Positions 29,201-39,071 are shown, counted from the first letter of the stretch. The stretch is 64,000 bases of DNA from an uncultured Clostridia bacterium (GCA_944383245.1 CALWOU010000004.1:888-64887); one strand, 5' to 3'. Notes: generated from the sequence alone by a model not told the origin. Program-made: numbers and translations.

Positions 29201-31606
29201 AATTCCTGCTCCGCTCACTTTATCCGCCCAATACAAAGTGGCAAGTGAATCGGTTATAGAATTTGATAGTTTAACATAATTTCCGTTTAATATCAAAAAC
29301 TCATAACTTGTGGCATTGTTCGTTGTTGAAACTCTATTAACTGCATACGCGCCAATCTCTTGAATTGGTGTTCTATCAATTGTGAAAATGTGGTAACTAG
29401 CGCTCATTCCTTCGCTTCTAAGTTCTATTAGGAAAGTTGCACCCTGATTATCATTAATATTTGTTCCTAATATTCCGCCATTAGATAGGTTATATGCAGT
29501 TGTGTTTAATAACTGCGTCCTATTTAAATACTGATTTGTAACTGAATAATAATATGCTGAGATTTTTCGCTCAAACACGCCTGGCTCTTTCCAACTAACT
29601 TGAACGTTTTTGTTTGTATACTGCCCCGAACCAAGAGGCGCTAAAGCATCTCCGTCGTCATTCAATGTTTCAACGTTTATGTTAATCGTGTCTGTTGTGT
29701 ATTGGAAAGCAAAGATTTGAGTATAATCGTAATTATTAGAGGTTTCTCCAGCAATATCAACATTAATAAACAACAAGTAATAACCCGTGCGAGTGAACGT
29801 TGTGGTGTTAACAAAACTTGACTTTGTGCCAGAAATCTCATATACGTTTTCTGCATCGCCTGTTACAACAATAGGTTGACTGCTATAATAATAAAAACTT
29901 TCCGAAGTGTTAAAATTATCGTTTCCTGTTGCCCAAATCGAACCTTGATTTGTTTTAACATAGTAATTGTTATCTCTAATATAATCTAAAATAGTTTTAA
30001 CGTGCTGATTAGGACTATTTATATTTGCTAATAAATAATTGAACACATATTCATCTTGATCTATAACTTGTCCGTTAGCATTTAAACTTTCCTTCAATTC
30101 TGCATTTTCAATTCTGTGATTTAGTGAAGGGTTTTCGCTTGCAACAATAGTTCCAACCTTGCTATTTCTGAGAGAACTATCTTCTAAAGTTGAACTATCA
30201 ACAAGAGAATACATAACGCCCACAACCGAGTCGGACGGAACTTCATTTAATCTATATCCGTTTGGCACAATAATATCAACTTGGTCGACACTATTCGATG
30301 AAATTGTTAAATATCTAAAATCTGCCTCGTCTTTTCCTGCCAATGTATATTTTAACTCAAAACCAGACATAACAAGCGCAGTGTTAGGAATAGTTAAATT
30401 CATTTCAGGCATACTCGCACTATTGTAACCCGAATATATGTATTCAAACGAAAAATCGTAATTTCCCGCCTCTGTGAACACTAGTGTTACAAAATTTAAT
30501 CCTAAACTATTGTCGCCATAATAATCTAGATAATAAGTGTTGGTTGTGGTTACACCAAAACTTGTAACTGATTGGATTATTTGACCATTTGTGCCACCCG
30601 CAGTTGAGTTTGTTACAAACGAATAATCATAAGTTGTAACCACTCCGTTTGCTGTGTGAGTGTAACTAAGTTTGTAGCGCGTGTAATCATAAGTTAAAGT
30701 TGGATAATTTAGGTTTTGATTGTATTGACCCATATAGTATCTATAAACGTTTTCTCTTACGGTTGCATTTTCAATAGTTGGTGTGGTTGGATATGAGTTG
30801 TTTGTGTTGCTAGATTGATAAACTGAGTTATATGACGTGTTAAATAAAATGTAAAAATTAAAAGTTTGAGTGTAAGAAAGTCCACCATAAAAATATGTAA
30901 ACGTAAATTCATAATAACCCTCGTTTGCAACCGATTGAGGAATTATGCAAACAAAGTCCTCATATAAATTGTTGCTATAATTTCTAGGTGCAGGAAGAGA
31001 GATAACTTCGCCGTTTCTTCGCGCAACAACATTGATGGTTTGAATTTTTGCACCTTCATTTTCGTCCGCAATTTCATATCGATTAGTTTTCGTATTAAAA
31101 TAATACTGACCAAAACTTACCATTATTGCTTCTTGCATATTTTTAACTGTGCCATCAGCATTATATGCGCTGAAGTTTGGAGTGTAGTATGTTTCGTCTG
31201 TATTTCTTTGGTTATTTAGCATAACAAAATCGCCATTTCTAACAATATATTTGCTGTTGTCATTCTCAGCAATATTCGAATAATAATACTTGTTGTTTCC
31301 TTGAACATACATTGAAGACAATTCCGCCTGTGCTTCTTGGTCAGAATACAAAACAGTTTTAAACACACTATCATCGCTTAAACCGTCGGATAATTCAAAA
31401 TCACCATTCGAGATAGCATACACTTTTTCAACCGATAAAATAAGCCCTTTATCATCAATTGCGCTAAACTCTTCGTGATCATAATTAATGGCAGCATAAG
31501 TTGATTTATCTCGATTTAAATTTACACCAACTAAAACAGAAGCGGTAACTAACACCACTGCCAAAATCAAAATTTTATAAATTGATTTAACTTTCCCCTT
31601 AAACAT
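23252..31606 (-). CDS. Giant (2784 aa) cell-surface protein with degenerate Ig-like modules
   Basis: N-terminal signal/TM, C-terminal TM plus basic tail (RRKMRIR), recurring GxYxF...DxAGN motifs, N/T/S/Y-rich. Confidence 0.85.
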   Translation of the reverse strand: MFKGKVKSIYKILILAVVLVTASVLVGVNLNRDKSTYAAINYDHEEFSAIDDKGLILSVEKVYAISNGDFELSDGLSDDSVFKTVLYSDQEAQAELSSMYVQGNNKYYYSNIAENDNSKYIVRNGDFVMLNNQRNTDETYYTPNFSAYNADGTVKNMQEAIMVSFGQYYFNTKTNRYEIADENEGAKIQTINVVARRNGEVISLPAPRNYSNNLYEDFVCIIPQSVANEGYYEFTFTYFYGGLSYTQTFNFYILFNTSYNSVYQSSNTNNSYPTTPTIENATVRENVYRYYMGQYNQNLNYPTLTYDYTRYKLSYTHTANGVVTTYDYSFVTNSTAGGTNGQIIQSVTSFGVTTTNTYYLDYYGDNSLGLNFVTLVFTEAGNYDFSFEYIYSGYNSASMPEMNLTIPNTALVMSGFELKYTLAGKDEADFRYLTISSNSVDQVDIIVPNGYRLNEVPSDSVVGVMYSLVDSSTLEDSSLRNSKVGTIVASENPSLNHRIENAELKESLNANGQVIDQDEYVFNYLLANINSPNQHVKTILDYIRDNNYYVKTNQGSIWATGNDNFNTSESFYYYSSQPIVVTGDAENVYEISGTKSSFVNTTTFTRTGYYLLFINVDIAGETSNNYDYTQIFAFQYTTDTININVETLNDDGDALAPLGSGQYTNKNVQVSWKEPGVFERKISAYYYSVTNQYLNRTQLLNTTAYNLSNGGILGTNINDNQGATFLIELRSEGMSASYHIFTIDRTPIQEIGAYAVNRVSTTNNATSYEFLILNGNYVKLSNSITDSLATLYWADKVSGAGIQATYTFTPFVRDSSIEIEEVNNSSSAVWFNTNYKLGTTVGSFDIEKVQNLGNEVPFTNVLYRQGIYIFTLTDEAGNSAKFMFIIDSTESFFKITDSDNKTTYESNASKMFSNSVTVEVGTHKAIELDLGSNNDSNSDLRTLIQLLVSDANNNAFSQAGYYVQSDTNINALKSLFGSVQGTYYLTVRNNSISSRTGENADDPNTSITQISINNRTTRINYVANGATSTIRTLYMIGENQYYTAQSNGVTTSNSRVTIEINVDNSRGFVYYSANSFTGENVPTDGSSNEGLGIYRINTGSNVYNDDGSIQTIGMVGAHATSENYLGFVFNVGTGSFEVSSVSYDYYELNLSEDSYSTAWNDEKNINEQEKLDKIYYYNYINSVTIYADGSVQNGGVELSDGRVFALLNVENSRTREGLYVIHREYNDTDADLGDDTLHQTYYVIVDRNGIIDQNQAHIGGYINLGLKEDETLFNEFNTINTQTEYFSYSQGNQTIYQNKPYSLYLTSDKLPITLNIPIAKYFGGNANSGSTYYAGRLSFEFYFRDLQNQLDNKEGRVVKLFEINSNDFNDNNYSNGIYTIDLRDYLTRANSTETNADIERIIRSINQGNWICLPGDYIVVIKDTVESAGNDDGAHEKVIGFRIEQSEVYTDVYSVPERNMTVDESQNLVNRTGKNTYSLVTSEEFVKIDMDEYFDNSLSAGLDLNYLVVTQTLNERTTNYINHVYQNINGTYQLNDSNPQVVENTYGDNGELTSRVIYLNTYLRDESGNIDIENLSQSLSYNITIRFRLANSDASINDRYINCYYYYDNSGNLQTYYEATITVIIDRVAPTNNINYLVGNDPLVRYYIEDNGEDMFESSYIETNSNVYFVNQYKTYYATGDNSKIYAFRVQNDTEFNSDDIYSLYYRYIPDIASVNLSLPAIANLSNYTSVNNTSDIAYYNFLTNNTGNNTGHYEILEMDEAGNTTQYVVFYDAMDSETTTSDNLSLLLKFTLSSSSGISKQEVNISQLENGKTFTIFDVDLAEEYLTSVVDKFYRISLTSINDETDTHYILTNATTEFTNSGLMTDIMNLILDAGNGNYILRVETRTGSYQVTINYYDENYRIELNIENLVEVVNGSYQINLHGANVRDTNGILYYASTIEITQGDKTDKYEYVYNNGQFNYYLNDDRTTPVQYITELNGTYQIRMTDAFGENYTYKFNTTGTRFYSISFGEDGEANYYEYSKVYYAFDQVNIQFDNSLYYVIVTRSVNNGLTETQTFNGVLNSWEYLGVTVVELNGDGNVLYLYPYYSITNERQYTGAKISYTVKFVLRIDNSEEFSYNVMLDSNAGQVNLTTNGLDQRMKIDFNADYQSTQSNYITSGTSNLTWTRPNSNDILNYAYTLYELKSNGEYVSTDLSSLSSYVISTQSDSEGLYKFVIDVLSPTGAVLGNVIYTFQVLQNSNELYYVTLPDNSIAEVNSSFKFSEIEEYLTEQRLSQLVVARTDLPSANVDLYVYNQDLNIQIATDKNVELFESSISLENGRYLFTIYRAHASTYSLYFASLIVDETNDIVSNITLTQNTNSQTLATSSRFSFIYPGASSDSFTLSVTPNNTYNLLNNVIITKNTLVLDIYLNDEFITSSNLNNYTTNSNVGSYRLLGNGKYTFVFKDLAGNVHTFTSNLGSQQSSIDVTILKEPIISVNNMAPIDNAYYNGGVVLNVYNPATYDIGTIAVTATRNGANYTPIKSQYDYTFLEYGTYRVVITANYTTSNSSSTAVTYNLTKVIVFTIINPNEARESIDLTSLSGFEFIQVLHGETDITELFNSLFNPNSSGRLLTYNMLLDHQEELNISSGKQLFTITYRVDDGVYPIREVSFSFTMNNEIPNIYCSLESGETTTSGFTISFNPGIIYEQVGESLIYVNDSLIYTINSTSPLSVLSLEISEAQYGAGDYYVRLVSASGQVITSFKAVIKEPLNTWAIVIIVVVSVIVIAIIVTIILLRRKMRIR

Positions 31607-32165
31607 ACTTCCCCTTTTATTTTTCTCTAAAACGTTTGAAATTATTATAATTTGCGCATTTTAATAGACCAATTAAAATTTTATTTACAATAATTTGTTT
31701 TTATAAAGAACAAAATAATTCTATTTAATTATAACATAATTAAAATTAAAAAACAAATAATTCGTCATTATATATTAAAAATAAATATTATTAAAATAAA
31801 CATTAATTTTAATTCGTCGTTTTAAAAAAATTTAAAAGAAATACTATTTTTAAGAAGTTTTTTAAATAACAAATTTTAAGAAAATTATAAAAAATTTTTA
31901 AAATTTTCAAAAAAAATCGCATTTTTTTAATTTTTTTATTAAATTTTTTAATATTTTTAATTTTTTTATTATTTTTTAAATGTTGTGCTTTAATTGTAAA
32001 TAACTATTTTTTGTTTTATGTTTTTTATTTTCTCTTATATTTTCCAATTTAAGTTTTATCTTGTTATCTTCGCTTTTTATTAACTAAAGCATTTTATTTC
32101 TTATTGCTAGTTTCAATTTTATTTTGCACAAATAAAAAGAATAGGATTTAACCTATTCTAAAATT

Positions 32166-33599
32166 TTAAACTAATTTTTCTACCCCTTCAACTGACACCA
32201 ATTTCATAGTGCGCGCAACTTCGCCTGTGTTTGCATCAATGTAGTAGAAATAAATTCCGTCGATTCTCTCGCACATAAATTCATATGCCGAAATTTCACG
32301 TCCGCCGTCAAGCCTTATCACAGTTTTACTTGTTTTTAAAATATTGTAATCAAATCCTAACACCTCTTCACATTCGCTTATGGTTAGGTTAAATTCTGGT
32401 TCTCTTTGGGTGTGATTGAACGCATAATTAACAGCCTCAAAACCTATAATTTGCTGGCTAGCTAAATCAACTTTTACTTTAACTAAGTCTGGATAGTAAA
32501 TCACATCGTCAATAACAGGGGCAAGATTAATGTAGGCAACATTATCGTGAATTTCAAGCCAAACACTTTTCATACTCTCAAAACCTATTTTATTTGCAAA
32601 TTTTTCAGCAATTTCTATTGCCTTTTCGCCACTCATAACAGCATCGCCATTTTCTGCGAAACTTGAAATTGTGATTACAAGCGAACCAACTTTACTTACT
32701 TGAACGTCATAATCTTTGCCGTCTAAATTAACTTCAAAATCATAGGTGGAGATATCACCATTTGTTTCTCTTAAATAGGTAATTTTTGCATTTTCTCCTT
32801 CAAAAACGGTATTTTTTAGGTAGTTTTGTGCATATTCAACACTAATTTCCTCGCCGACAAGCCCTTTTACCTCTTGAGTTTCAAGTGCAGTTGAAAAAGG
32901 CCCGTCGAAAATCATTGCAGGGTAATCGATTGATTCGCTCGTCATATCTCCCATTCCAAGAGATAGCTCGTTCATTCCCGAATCATCGAAAATCGACGCA
33001 TCCACAAAACTAAAATTTCCTTCATACATCCCCGCGTTTTGTTTATTAAAATTGGTTTTGATTTTTCCAACAACTAAACTAATTTTATCGAACATAAGAG
33101 TTTCCTCTTGCGTCAATTCTTCGCCATTATTTAGTTTTTGCATATACGCCTCGCTAAGCCCACTCACTTGGTTAAAAAATTTAATTGCAGAAACTGAATT
33201 CGCCTCATCAATAGGTAGCACACTAAGCCCCGCCAAAATGTAATTACAATCTCCCATAATATCTTGCAAAGTGTTTAACTTTGATTGCTTAGTTGAAAGT
33301 GTTGAAAATTTGGAAACGTCAACGTGAAGATTGTTGACGTTATCCACCATAGAATAATAACTAGAAGCATACACCCCTTCTAAAACATTTGCATTTTGTT
33401 TGCTTGAATTATACACTTGATAATATGCTATAATAACGCAAGTTAAAATAATCAGTAAACTCACAATCGCAACAATAAGACCAGGAATTGCTTTTTGCGC
33501 GTTACTTTTTTTCTTAGTTTCTTTATCTTTGTTTACATTGGATTTATTTTGTTCTTTTTCTTTTTCATAATCCACACTTGTAATTTTTTCTTTATCCAT
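32166..33599 (-). CDS. ypeB: Spore germination protein YpeB (PepSY domains)
   Basis: N-terminal TM, YPAMIFDGPFS motif, IYYPDLVKVKV, downstream of sleB. Confidence 0.88.
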   Translation of the reverse strand: MDKEKITSVDYEKEKEQNKSNVNKDKETKKKSNAQKAIPGLIVAIVSLLIILTCVIIAYYQVYNSSKQNANVLEGVYASSYYSMVDNVNNLHVDVSKFSTLSTKQSKLNTLQDIMGDCNYILAGLSVLPIDEANSVSAIKFFNQVSGLSEAYMQKLNNGEELTQEETLMFDKISLVVGKIKTNFNKQNAGMYEGNFSFVDASIFDDSGMNELSLGMGDMTSESIDYPAMIFDGPFSTALETQEVKGLVGEEISVEYAQNYLKNTVFEGENAKITYLRETNGDISTYDFEVNLDGKDYDVQVSKVGSLVITISSFAENGDAVMSGEKAIEIAEKFANKIGFESMKSVWLEIHDNVAYINLAPVIDDVIYYPDLVKVKVDLASQQIIGFEAVNYAFNHTQREPEFNLTISECEEVLGFDYNILKTSKTVIRLDGGREISAYEFMCERIDGIYFYYIDANTGEVARTMKLVSVEGVEKLV

Positions 33600-33896
33600 T
33601 TTTCGCCCCTTTTATTTTTAATTTTTTTATCTATAATTTTTATTTTTTTAATATTTTTTTTAAAAATTTGCCTATTTTTTAGTATTTTTTGTGATTTTTT
33701 CGCTATTATTTTATTATTTTTAAATTATTTTATTATTTTTAAATTATTTTATTATTTTTAATTTTTCAATATTTATTGTTAATATTTTTAATCATATTTA
33801 AATAAACAAGTTTGTTAAATTTTTTCATTGGTATTTAAACAATTTAATTACTGAGTTTTAACAAACTATCACAAGACAAAAAACACTTAGTTTTTA

Positions 33897-34601
33897 TTAC
33901 ACTGCAAACACGTGTTTTCCAATTTGCGTTACGGTTGTGGTTGTCCAAATCCAACTGCTGGTTGCAGTCTCAGGATTGTAATAATACACACAACCATATG
34001 TTGGGTCCCAACCATTTAGCGCGTCGTCTGCTGCTTGATATGCAGTTTGATTTGGCTCTAAATTTATTTGTCCGTCATTTACTGCAGTGAATGCCCAAGG
34101 TTGATAAATTACACCTGCAATAGTGTTTGGAAATCTAGAATCTTCCACTCGGTTTAACACAACCGCGCCAATTGCCACTTGACCTGTGTAACTTTCTCCT
34201 CTCGCCTCTGCATAAATCACTTTTGCTAGCAAATATCTATCGTTTGAACTATAGTTTGACGAACTAGACGATTGGTTTAAATTTATTCCCATTTTTGCAG
34301 CAGTTAATGGACCCACTATTCCGTCTTGAGTTAGACCATATTTCTTTTGAAATGCCTTAACCGCAGCAATAGTTTTTGGGCCATTAATTCCGTCAACGTT
34401 GCCTGTATAGTATCCCCACTTTTTTAGCCTTGTTTGAACTTCTTTTGTGTCCGCAGTGACAGCATATGCTGGTTCTAAAGTTGCAATGGTTGGCGTACTT
34501 TTTTCCTCCAACTTAACAGAGTTGTTGAATGCCGCAAATCCAAACACACTCATAACCCCCGTTAACAACAACAAAAATGCAATCAATATTTTCTTTTTCA
34601 T
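33897..34601 (-). CDS. sleB: Spore cortex-lytic enzyme
   Basis: Signal peptide, PG-binding domain (VQTRLKKWGYY), catalytic LAKVIYAEARGE...QVAIGAVVLNRV...YYYNP. Confidence 0.93.
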   Translation of the reverse strand: MKKKILIAFLLLLTGVMSVFGFAAFNNSVKLEEKSTPTIATLEPAYAVTADTKEVQTRLKKWGYYTGNVDGINGPKTIAAVKAFQKKYGLTQDGIVGPLTAAKMGINLNQSSSSSNYSSNDRYLLAKVIYAEARGESYTGQVAIGAVVLNRVEDSRFPNTIAGVIYQPWAFTAVNDGQINLEPNQTAYQAADDALNGWDPTYGCVYYYNPETATSSWIWTTTTVTQIGKHVFAV

Positions 34602-34733
34602 TTTTCCTCCTAAAAACTAAAATCAATATTAAATTGCACTACATTTTCAAATTTATTTAAATTTTTTATATTTTTTCTAAATTTTTTATAATTTTTTTAA
34701 TTTTAATTAAATTTTATGAAAATTATTTTTATT

Positions 34734-35258
34734 TTAATTAAATAGTGATTTAAACCATTCAACAATTTTTGATTTAAAATTTATTTCTGTTTGGTTTTCG
34801 CGTGTTATAAAGCATAGCGGTGGATACATAACGCACCACCAATTATCACCAACCGCTTCGCCGAGTTCAACAATCACTGCGTCGTAATATCCGCTTTCTA
34901 AAGTTGTGTTTGAATACGTTCTAGTTGGAAAATATTCGTTGTTTATTTTCACATTTGCAGAATAATTAAATCCATTTTTTCTAAGCACTTCAACGCATAT
35001 CTCACTCATCTTTTCTTTTAAATTATTCACAATTTCAATTGCTTCATTTTTTGAAGTTACATTGCAAAAATAAGGTGTTAAAAATTCAACCAATTCATCC
35101 TTAATTTCATACTTTATATTTTGGTCTATCTCACTGTTTGAATTAGCGCGAATATGAAGGCGCAAATAATCATATTCCACTTCTGCCGTTGGAAGAAAAC
35201 TTGCACCAATAATTAACAACAATATTAAAACCACAATCACACAAATTTTATTTTTCAT
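34734..35258 (-). CDS. spoIIR: Stage II sporulation protein R
   Basis: LRLHIRANSNS, YFPTR, GDNWWCVMYPPLC. Confidence 0.93.
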   Translation of the reverse strand: MKNKICVIVVLILLLIIGASFLPTAEVEYDYLRLHIRANSNSEIDQNIKYEIKDELVEFLTPYFCNVTSKNEAIEIVNNLKEKMSEICVEVLRKNGFNYSANVKINNEYFPTRTYSNTTLESGYYDAVIVELGEAVGDNWWCVMYPPLCFITRENQTEINFKSKIVEWFKSLFN

Positions 35259-35366
35259 ATCTAGATTTTTTCAAAAAAAAATAAAAAAATACGCGTGTAA
35301 CCGCGTAAATTTTAAAAATAATTGTAATTTTTTTGAAAATTTTTACATTTTTTTGATATTTTTTAT

Positions 35367-36425
35367 TTATTGATTGTTTGGGCGACCTGTGCTGTTTTGT
35401 AAAGCGCGCCAAGTGTTTGGTCCAACTATGCCGTCGGCAACAAGTCCGTTTTCTGTTTGAAAGGCGCGAACTGCACGTTCGGTTTCTGCGCCAAAAATTC
35501 CGTCTAGCATTGTTATTGGATATAGGAAAGATAAAAGAAGTTTTTGAAGATATAACACCGCACTTGCTCTGCTTCCACGCCTTAAAATTTTGCTCGTTGG
35601 GTCTAGGTTTAAGAGTGCAGTCCAAGTATTTGGTCCAACTATGCCGTCTTGTGATAAATTATTGTTTGCTTGAAAATTTAACACGGCGCGGTATGTGTTG
35701 CCACCAAAAATTCCGTCGGTTGAAAGATTATAACCATATTGATTTAGTAAAATTTGCAAGATTGTTACAAAATTTCCTCTATCGCCTTGCCTTATAGTTG
35801 GATAATTAGATAACGTTAGCGGAATATATGTGACGCCGAGATAATTGCAAACACCACTACACGTTCCTTCACCAACTCCGCGCGTAAAGTTTGGATTGAG
35901 CATAAGTTTTGCCTCTTCAAAATTGGTCATAAATCCCGCTTCAACCAAACTAGACGGGCAATTTACATTAGACAGCACTCCTATTGACGTTGTTCCAACA
36001 AAACGTTCTCTTGCTCCCGTGAAGTTAATAATTTCGCTAAAAATTTCCTCACTTAACGCACGCGACTCACTTGGATATGGGTTATATGGGCTATAATACA
36101 CTTCCAGCCCGCGTGCCGAATTAAAAGTTGTGCCTGTGCCAAATGCGTTGTATGCAAAAGTTACAAGCAAAGTGAGTCCTGCTCGATTTGCCCGCACCAC
36201 TCGCGTGGAAATTGATGTATCTTGCACCTCTGGATGAATATCATATACTCTAAACCCACAACGCAAACATGCCAAAATAAAATTTGTTTTAGCCTCTCTA
36301 TTAAACTCATTTTCATAAAAACTTCTGCCAATGTATGGCATAATTGGAGTGCGCTTTCCTGCTGTTGGCGGATTTAAACCGTGTTCATCATTCGCACCAA
36401 TTAAATAATCGCTTGCATTTGCCAT
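35367..36425 (-). CDS. N-acetylmuramoyl-L-alanine amidase (Amidase_3) with two C-terminal PG-binding domains
   Basis: NDEHG, YEN, LVEAGFMTN motifs; two DGIFG...F...DGIVG..TW repeats; GAGG RBS before ATG 36425. Confidence 0.85.
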   Translation of the reverse strand: MANASDYLIGANDEHGLNPPTAGKRTPIMPYIGRSFYENEFNREAKTNFILACLRCGFRVYDIHPEVQDTSISTRVVRANRAGLTLLVTFAYNAFGTGTTFNSARGLEVYYSPYNPYPSESRALSEEIFSEIINFTGARERFVGTTSIGVLSNVNCPSSLVEAGFMTNFEEAKLMLNPNFTRGVGEGTCSGVCNYLGVTYIPLTLSNYPTIRQGDRGNFVTILQILLNQYGYNLSTDGIFGGNTYRAVLNFQANNNLSQDGIVGPNTWTALLNLDPTSKILRRGSRASAVLYLQKLLLSFLYPITMLDGIFGAETERAVRAFQTENGLVADGIVGPNTWRALQNSTGRPNNQ

Positions 36426-36731
36426 AAATACCTCAATTGTATTTATGAGAGCAAGCGACAATTTGTTAATTTAATAAAATTTTAATTTTTTTAATATTTT
36501 TAAGTAAAGTAATAATATTTTTCTTCTTAATTATATAATTTAAAATAATTTTTTATTTTTTTAAAAAATATTTAAATTTATGATTTTTTTGCTATTTTTT
36601 AGTATTTTTTAACATTTTTTTAAATTTTTAAGATTTTTTATATTTTTTTAGTTAATAATTAAATTTTGTTTTTATAAAATATTTATATAAATTTATTTTT
36701 TTAAGACTTAAACGTTACATATTAAATTATT

Positions 36732-37331
36732 TTACTTTATAACAATCTCATCTAAGTATGTTGCTTCTAGGTCGGATATATGGAAAAGCAAAGCGGTTGG
36801 AAAACGAGTGAATGCATCGGACAAATCAGAACTATTCATTGCGCGCGCATCAAATCCACCCATATGCCAATTTATACACATTGCCTCTTCCCTCGTCAAT
36901 CGTATAAATCCACTCACAATATACACACTCTTTTCTCCGTGACCATAAGGCAGGGTGTTTTCATATGCGTAATATGGCACTTGCACCCACGCACCATTTT
37001 CTTTTTTGTTGCGATAATCAACTATGTATGTGTTAACCTTGCAAACATCGTGCATAAGCGCAATGATTGCAATACTTTCGTCACTTATCTTTTCTTGATA
37101 ATTTTCGCCGTATTCGTTTATTATGTTATTTTTAAATCTTTTATACACATTTAATGAATGAAAACAAAGTCCGCCTTCAAAATTAGAGTGGCGCCTACCC
37201 GATGCAGGAGCAGAAAAGAAATCGGACGAATTAATAAGATAATCCAACAATTTATCCGCACCCTCTCTTTTTATATAAGTTGTGAATATATTTATAAATT
37301 CTTGTTTGTTTTCTTCAACACTCTTTTCCAT
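36732..37331 (-). CDS. HD-domain phosphohydrolase
   Basis: APAS...HSN..GGLCFHS, MHDVCK, GHGEKSV, HMG, LFHISD. Confidence 0.85.
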   Translation of the reverse strand: MEKSVEENKQEFINIFTTYIKREGADKLLDYLINSSDFFSAPASGRRHSNFEGGLCFHSLNVYKRFKNNIINEYGENYQEKISDESIAIIALMHDVCKVNTYIVDYRNKKENGAWVQVPYYAYENTLPYGHGEKSVYIVSGFIRLTREEAMCINWHMGGFDARAMNSSDLSDAFTRFPTALLFHISDLEATYLDEIVIK

Positions 37332-37574
37332 TTTTATCCTTTTACATTACAATTATTTTTTAATTATTTAAATTAATTTTTAAAAATTTATAAAATTTAA
37401 CTATAAATTAGTATTTTTTTAAATTTTTTAACGTTTTTTTTGATATTTTTTAAATATTTTTTATTTTTTTAATTTTTGGGATTTTAATTGTTATGTATTT
37501 TTCATAATTTTTATTTTATAAAATTTTATTGGTATTTTTGTTTTATTTTATCTATGAATTTTTTAGGTAGTTTT

Positions 37575-38942
37575 TTATTTTGAGTATTCTCTTTGTTTAT
37601 AAGTTGTGTGCAAATATTTCTTTGCTTTTTCACTTAGTGGAGACATTAAAAATTCATCATAAATGCCTTTTAAAATTAAATTTTCATAACTTGAACGAGA
37701 TTTCATTTTTTCTTCTTGCGCGTATAAACTATTTCCGCGAAGAGTTACGGCAGCATCGTTATCCGCTTGTTTTGGTTGACCACCTCCGCCAACGCAACCA
37801 TTCGGGCAAGCCATAACTTCAATCATATCATATTTTTTGGTTTTTAGTTTGTCTAGCACACCTCTTGCGCTCGCCGTTCCAAAAATTACACACAATTTAA
37901 CTTCTTTTCCAAGCAAATTCACACTTGCCGTTTTCACGTCTTTATATCCGCGCAATTTTTTAAACTTTAGTAAGTCTACCGGTGGATTTTGACCCGTTGT
38001 TAGGTGATATGCCGTTCTAACTGCTGCCTCCATAACACCACCGCTTGTTCCAAAAATTAACCCTGCGCCACTACCGGTTGGAAATGCTTTGTCGTATTCA
38101 CTTTCAGTTAGTTTGTTTAAATCAATTCGCTTCTTCTTTAAAAGTTTTCCCATTTCTCTAACGGTTACCACAATATCAGTATCCTGCCCATAAAGACCGC
38201 GCAATTCTTCGCGCTTAATTTCAAATTTTTTGGCAACACAAGGAGTCATTGCAATAAGCACAATATCACTAGGTTTTTTGCCAATTTTTTTGGAAAAATA
38301 ATTTTTTATAACGCTTGCCTGCATTGAAATCGGACTTTTGCAACTAGACAAATTTGGAATGTACTGTGGATAAAAAGTTTCAATAAATTTAACCCAGGCT
38401 GGGCAACAACTTGTAAATTGTGGGAGATTGTTTCCGCTTTTAACGCGCTCAATTAGTTCGCTCGCCTCTTCCATAATTGTTAGGTCCGCACCAAACACAA
38501 CGTCAAACACATAATCTGCACCCAATTTTTTAAGCGCACTCACCATTTTCCCCGCCACAAATTCGCCCGGATTTAAACCAAACATTTCTCCAAGAGAAAC
38601 TCGAACAGCAGGGCTAGTCATAATAACAACGGTTTTTGTTTTATCTTGAAGAGCGGACAAAAGTTTATCTGTATCGTCCTTTTCGGTGATAGACTCAACC
38701 GGGCAGACGTTTGCGCACTGCCCACAATTAATGCAAACTATATCTTCACTATCATACTTCCAATACCCTGCCACACCTATTTTTTTCTTGCAAACGTCCT
38801 TACATTTTCCGCACAAAACACATTTGCTTTCTTTTCGCATTATGCTAGGATTATCTTTTGATATTGGCACTCTAATTTCGCTATACTTATCCATATTTTT
38901 CTCCTTTGTGTTGTTTATGTTTTTGATTATTTTATTTGACAA
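37575..38942 (-). CDS. hydA: Monomeric [FeFe] hydrogenase (2x[4Fe-4S] + H-cluster)
   Basis: CVLCGKC and CINCGQCANVCP ferredoxin motifs; TSCCPAW, MTPCVAKKFE, EVMACPNGCVGGGGQP H-cluster signatures. Confidence 0.92.
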   Translation of the reverse strand: MSNKIIKNINNTKEKNMDKYSEIRVPISKDNPSIMRKESKCVLCGKCKDVCKKKIGVAGYWKYDSEDIVCINCGQCANVCPVESITEKDDTDKLLSALQDKTKTVVIMTSPAVRVSLGEMFGLNPGEFVAGKMVSALKKLGADYVFDVVFGADLTIMEEASELIERVKSGNNLPQFTSCCPAWVKFIETFYPQYIPNLSSCKSPISMQASVIKNYFSKKIGKKPSDIVLIAMTPCVAKKFEIKREELRGLYGQDTDIVVTVREMGKLLKKKRIDLNKLTESEYDKAFPTGSGAGLIFGTSGGVMEAAVRTAYHLTTGQNPPVDLLKFKKLRGYKDVKTASVNLLGKEVKLCVIFGTASARGVLDKLKTKKYDMIEVMACPNGCVGGGGQPKQADNDAAVTLRGNSLYAQEEKMKSRSSYENLILKGIYDEFLMSPLSEKAKKYLHTTYKQREYSK

Positions 38943-39071
38943 TACAAACTTAAATTGTATTTAATTTTATGTTGACCTTTTAATTCTTAATTTGACTTAT
39001 ATTTTAATTTTAGAATATAAATTAAACTTTTTAATTTTTAAAGTCAATTTATAAAAATTTAAAAATGTCTA

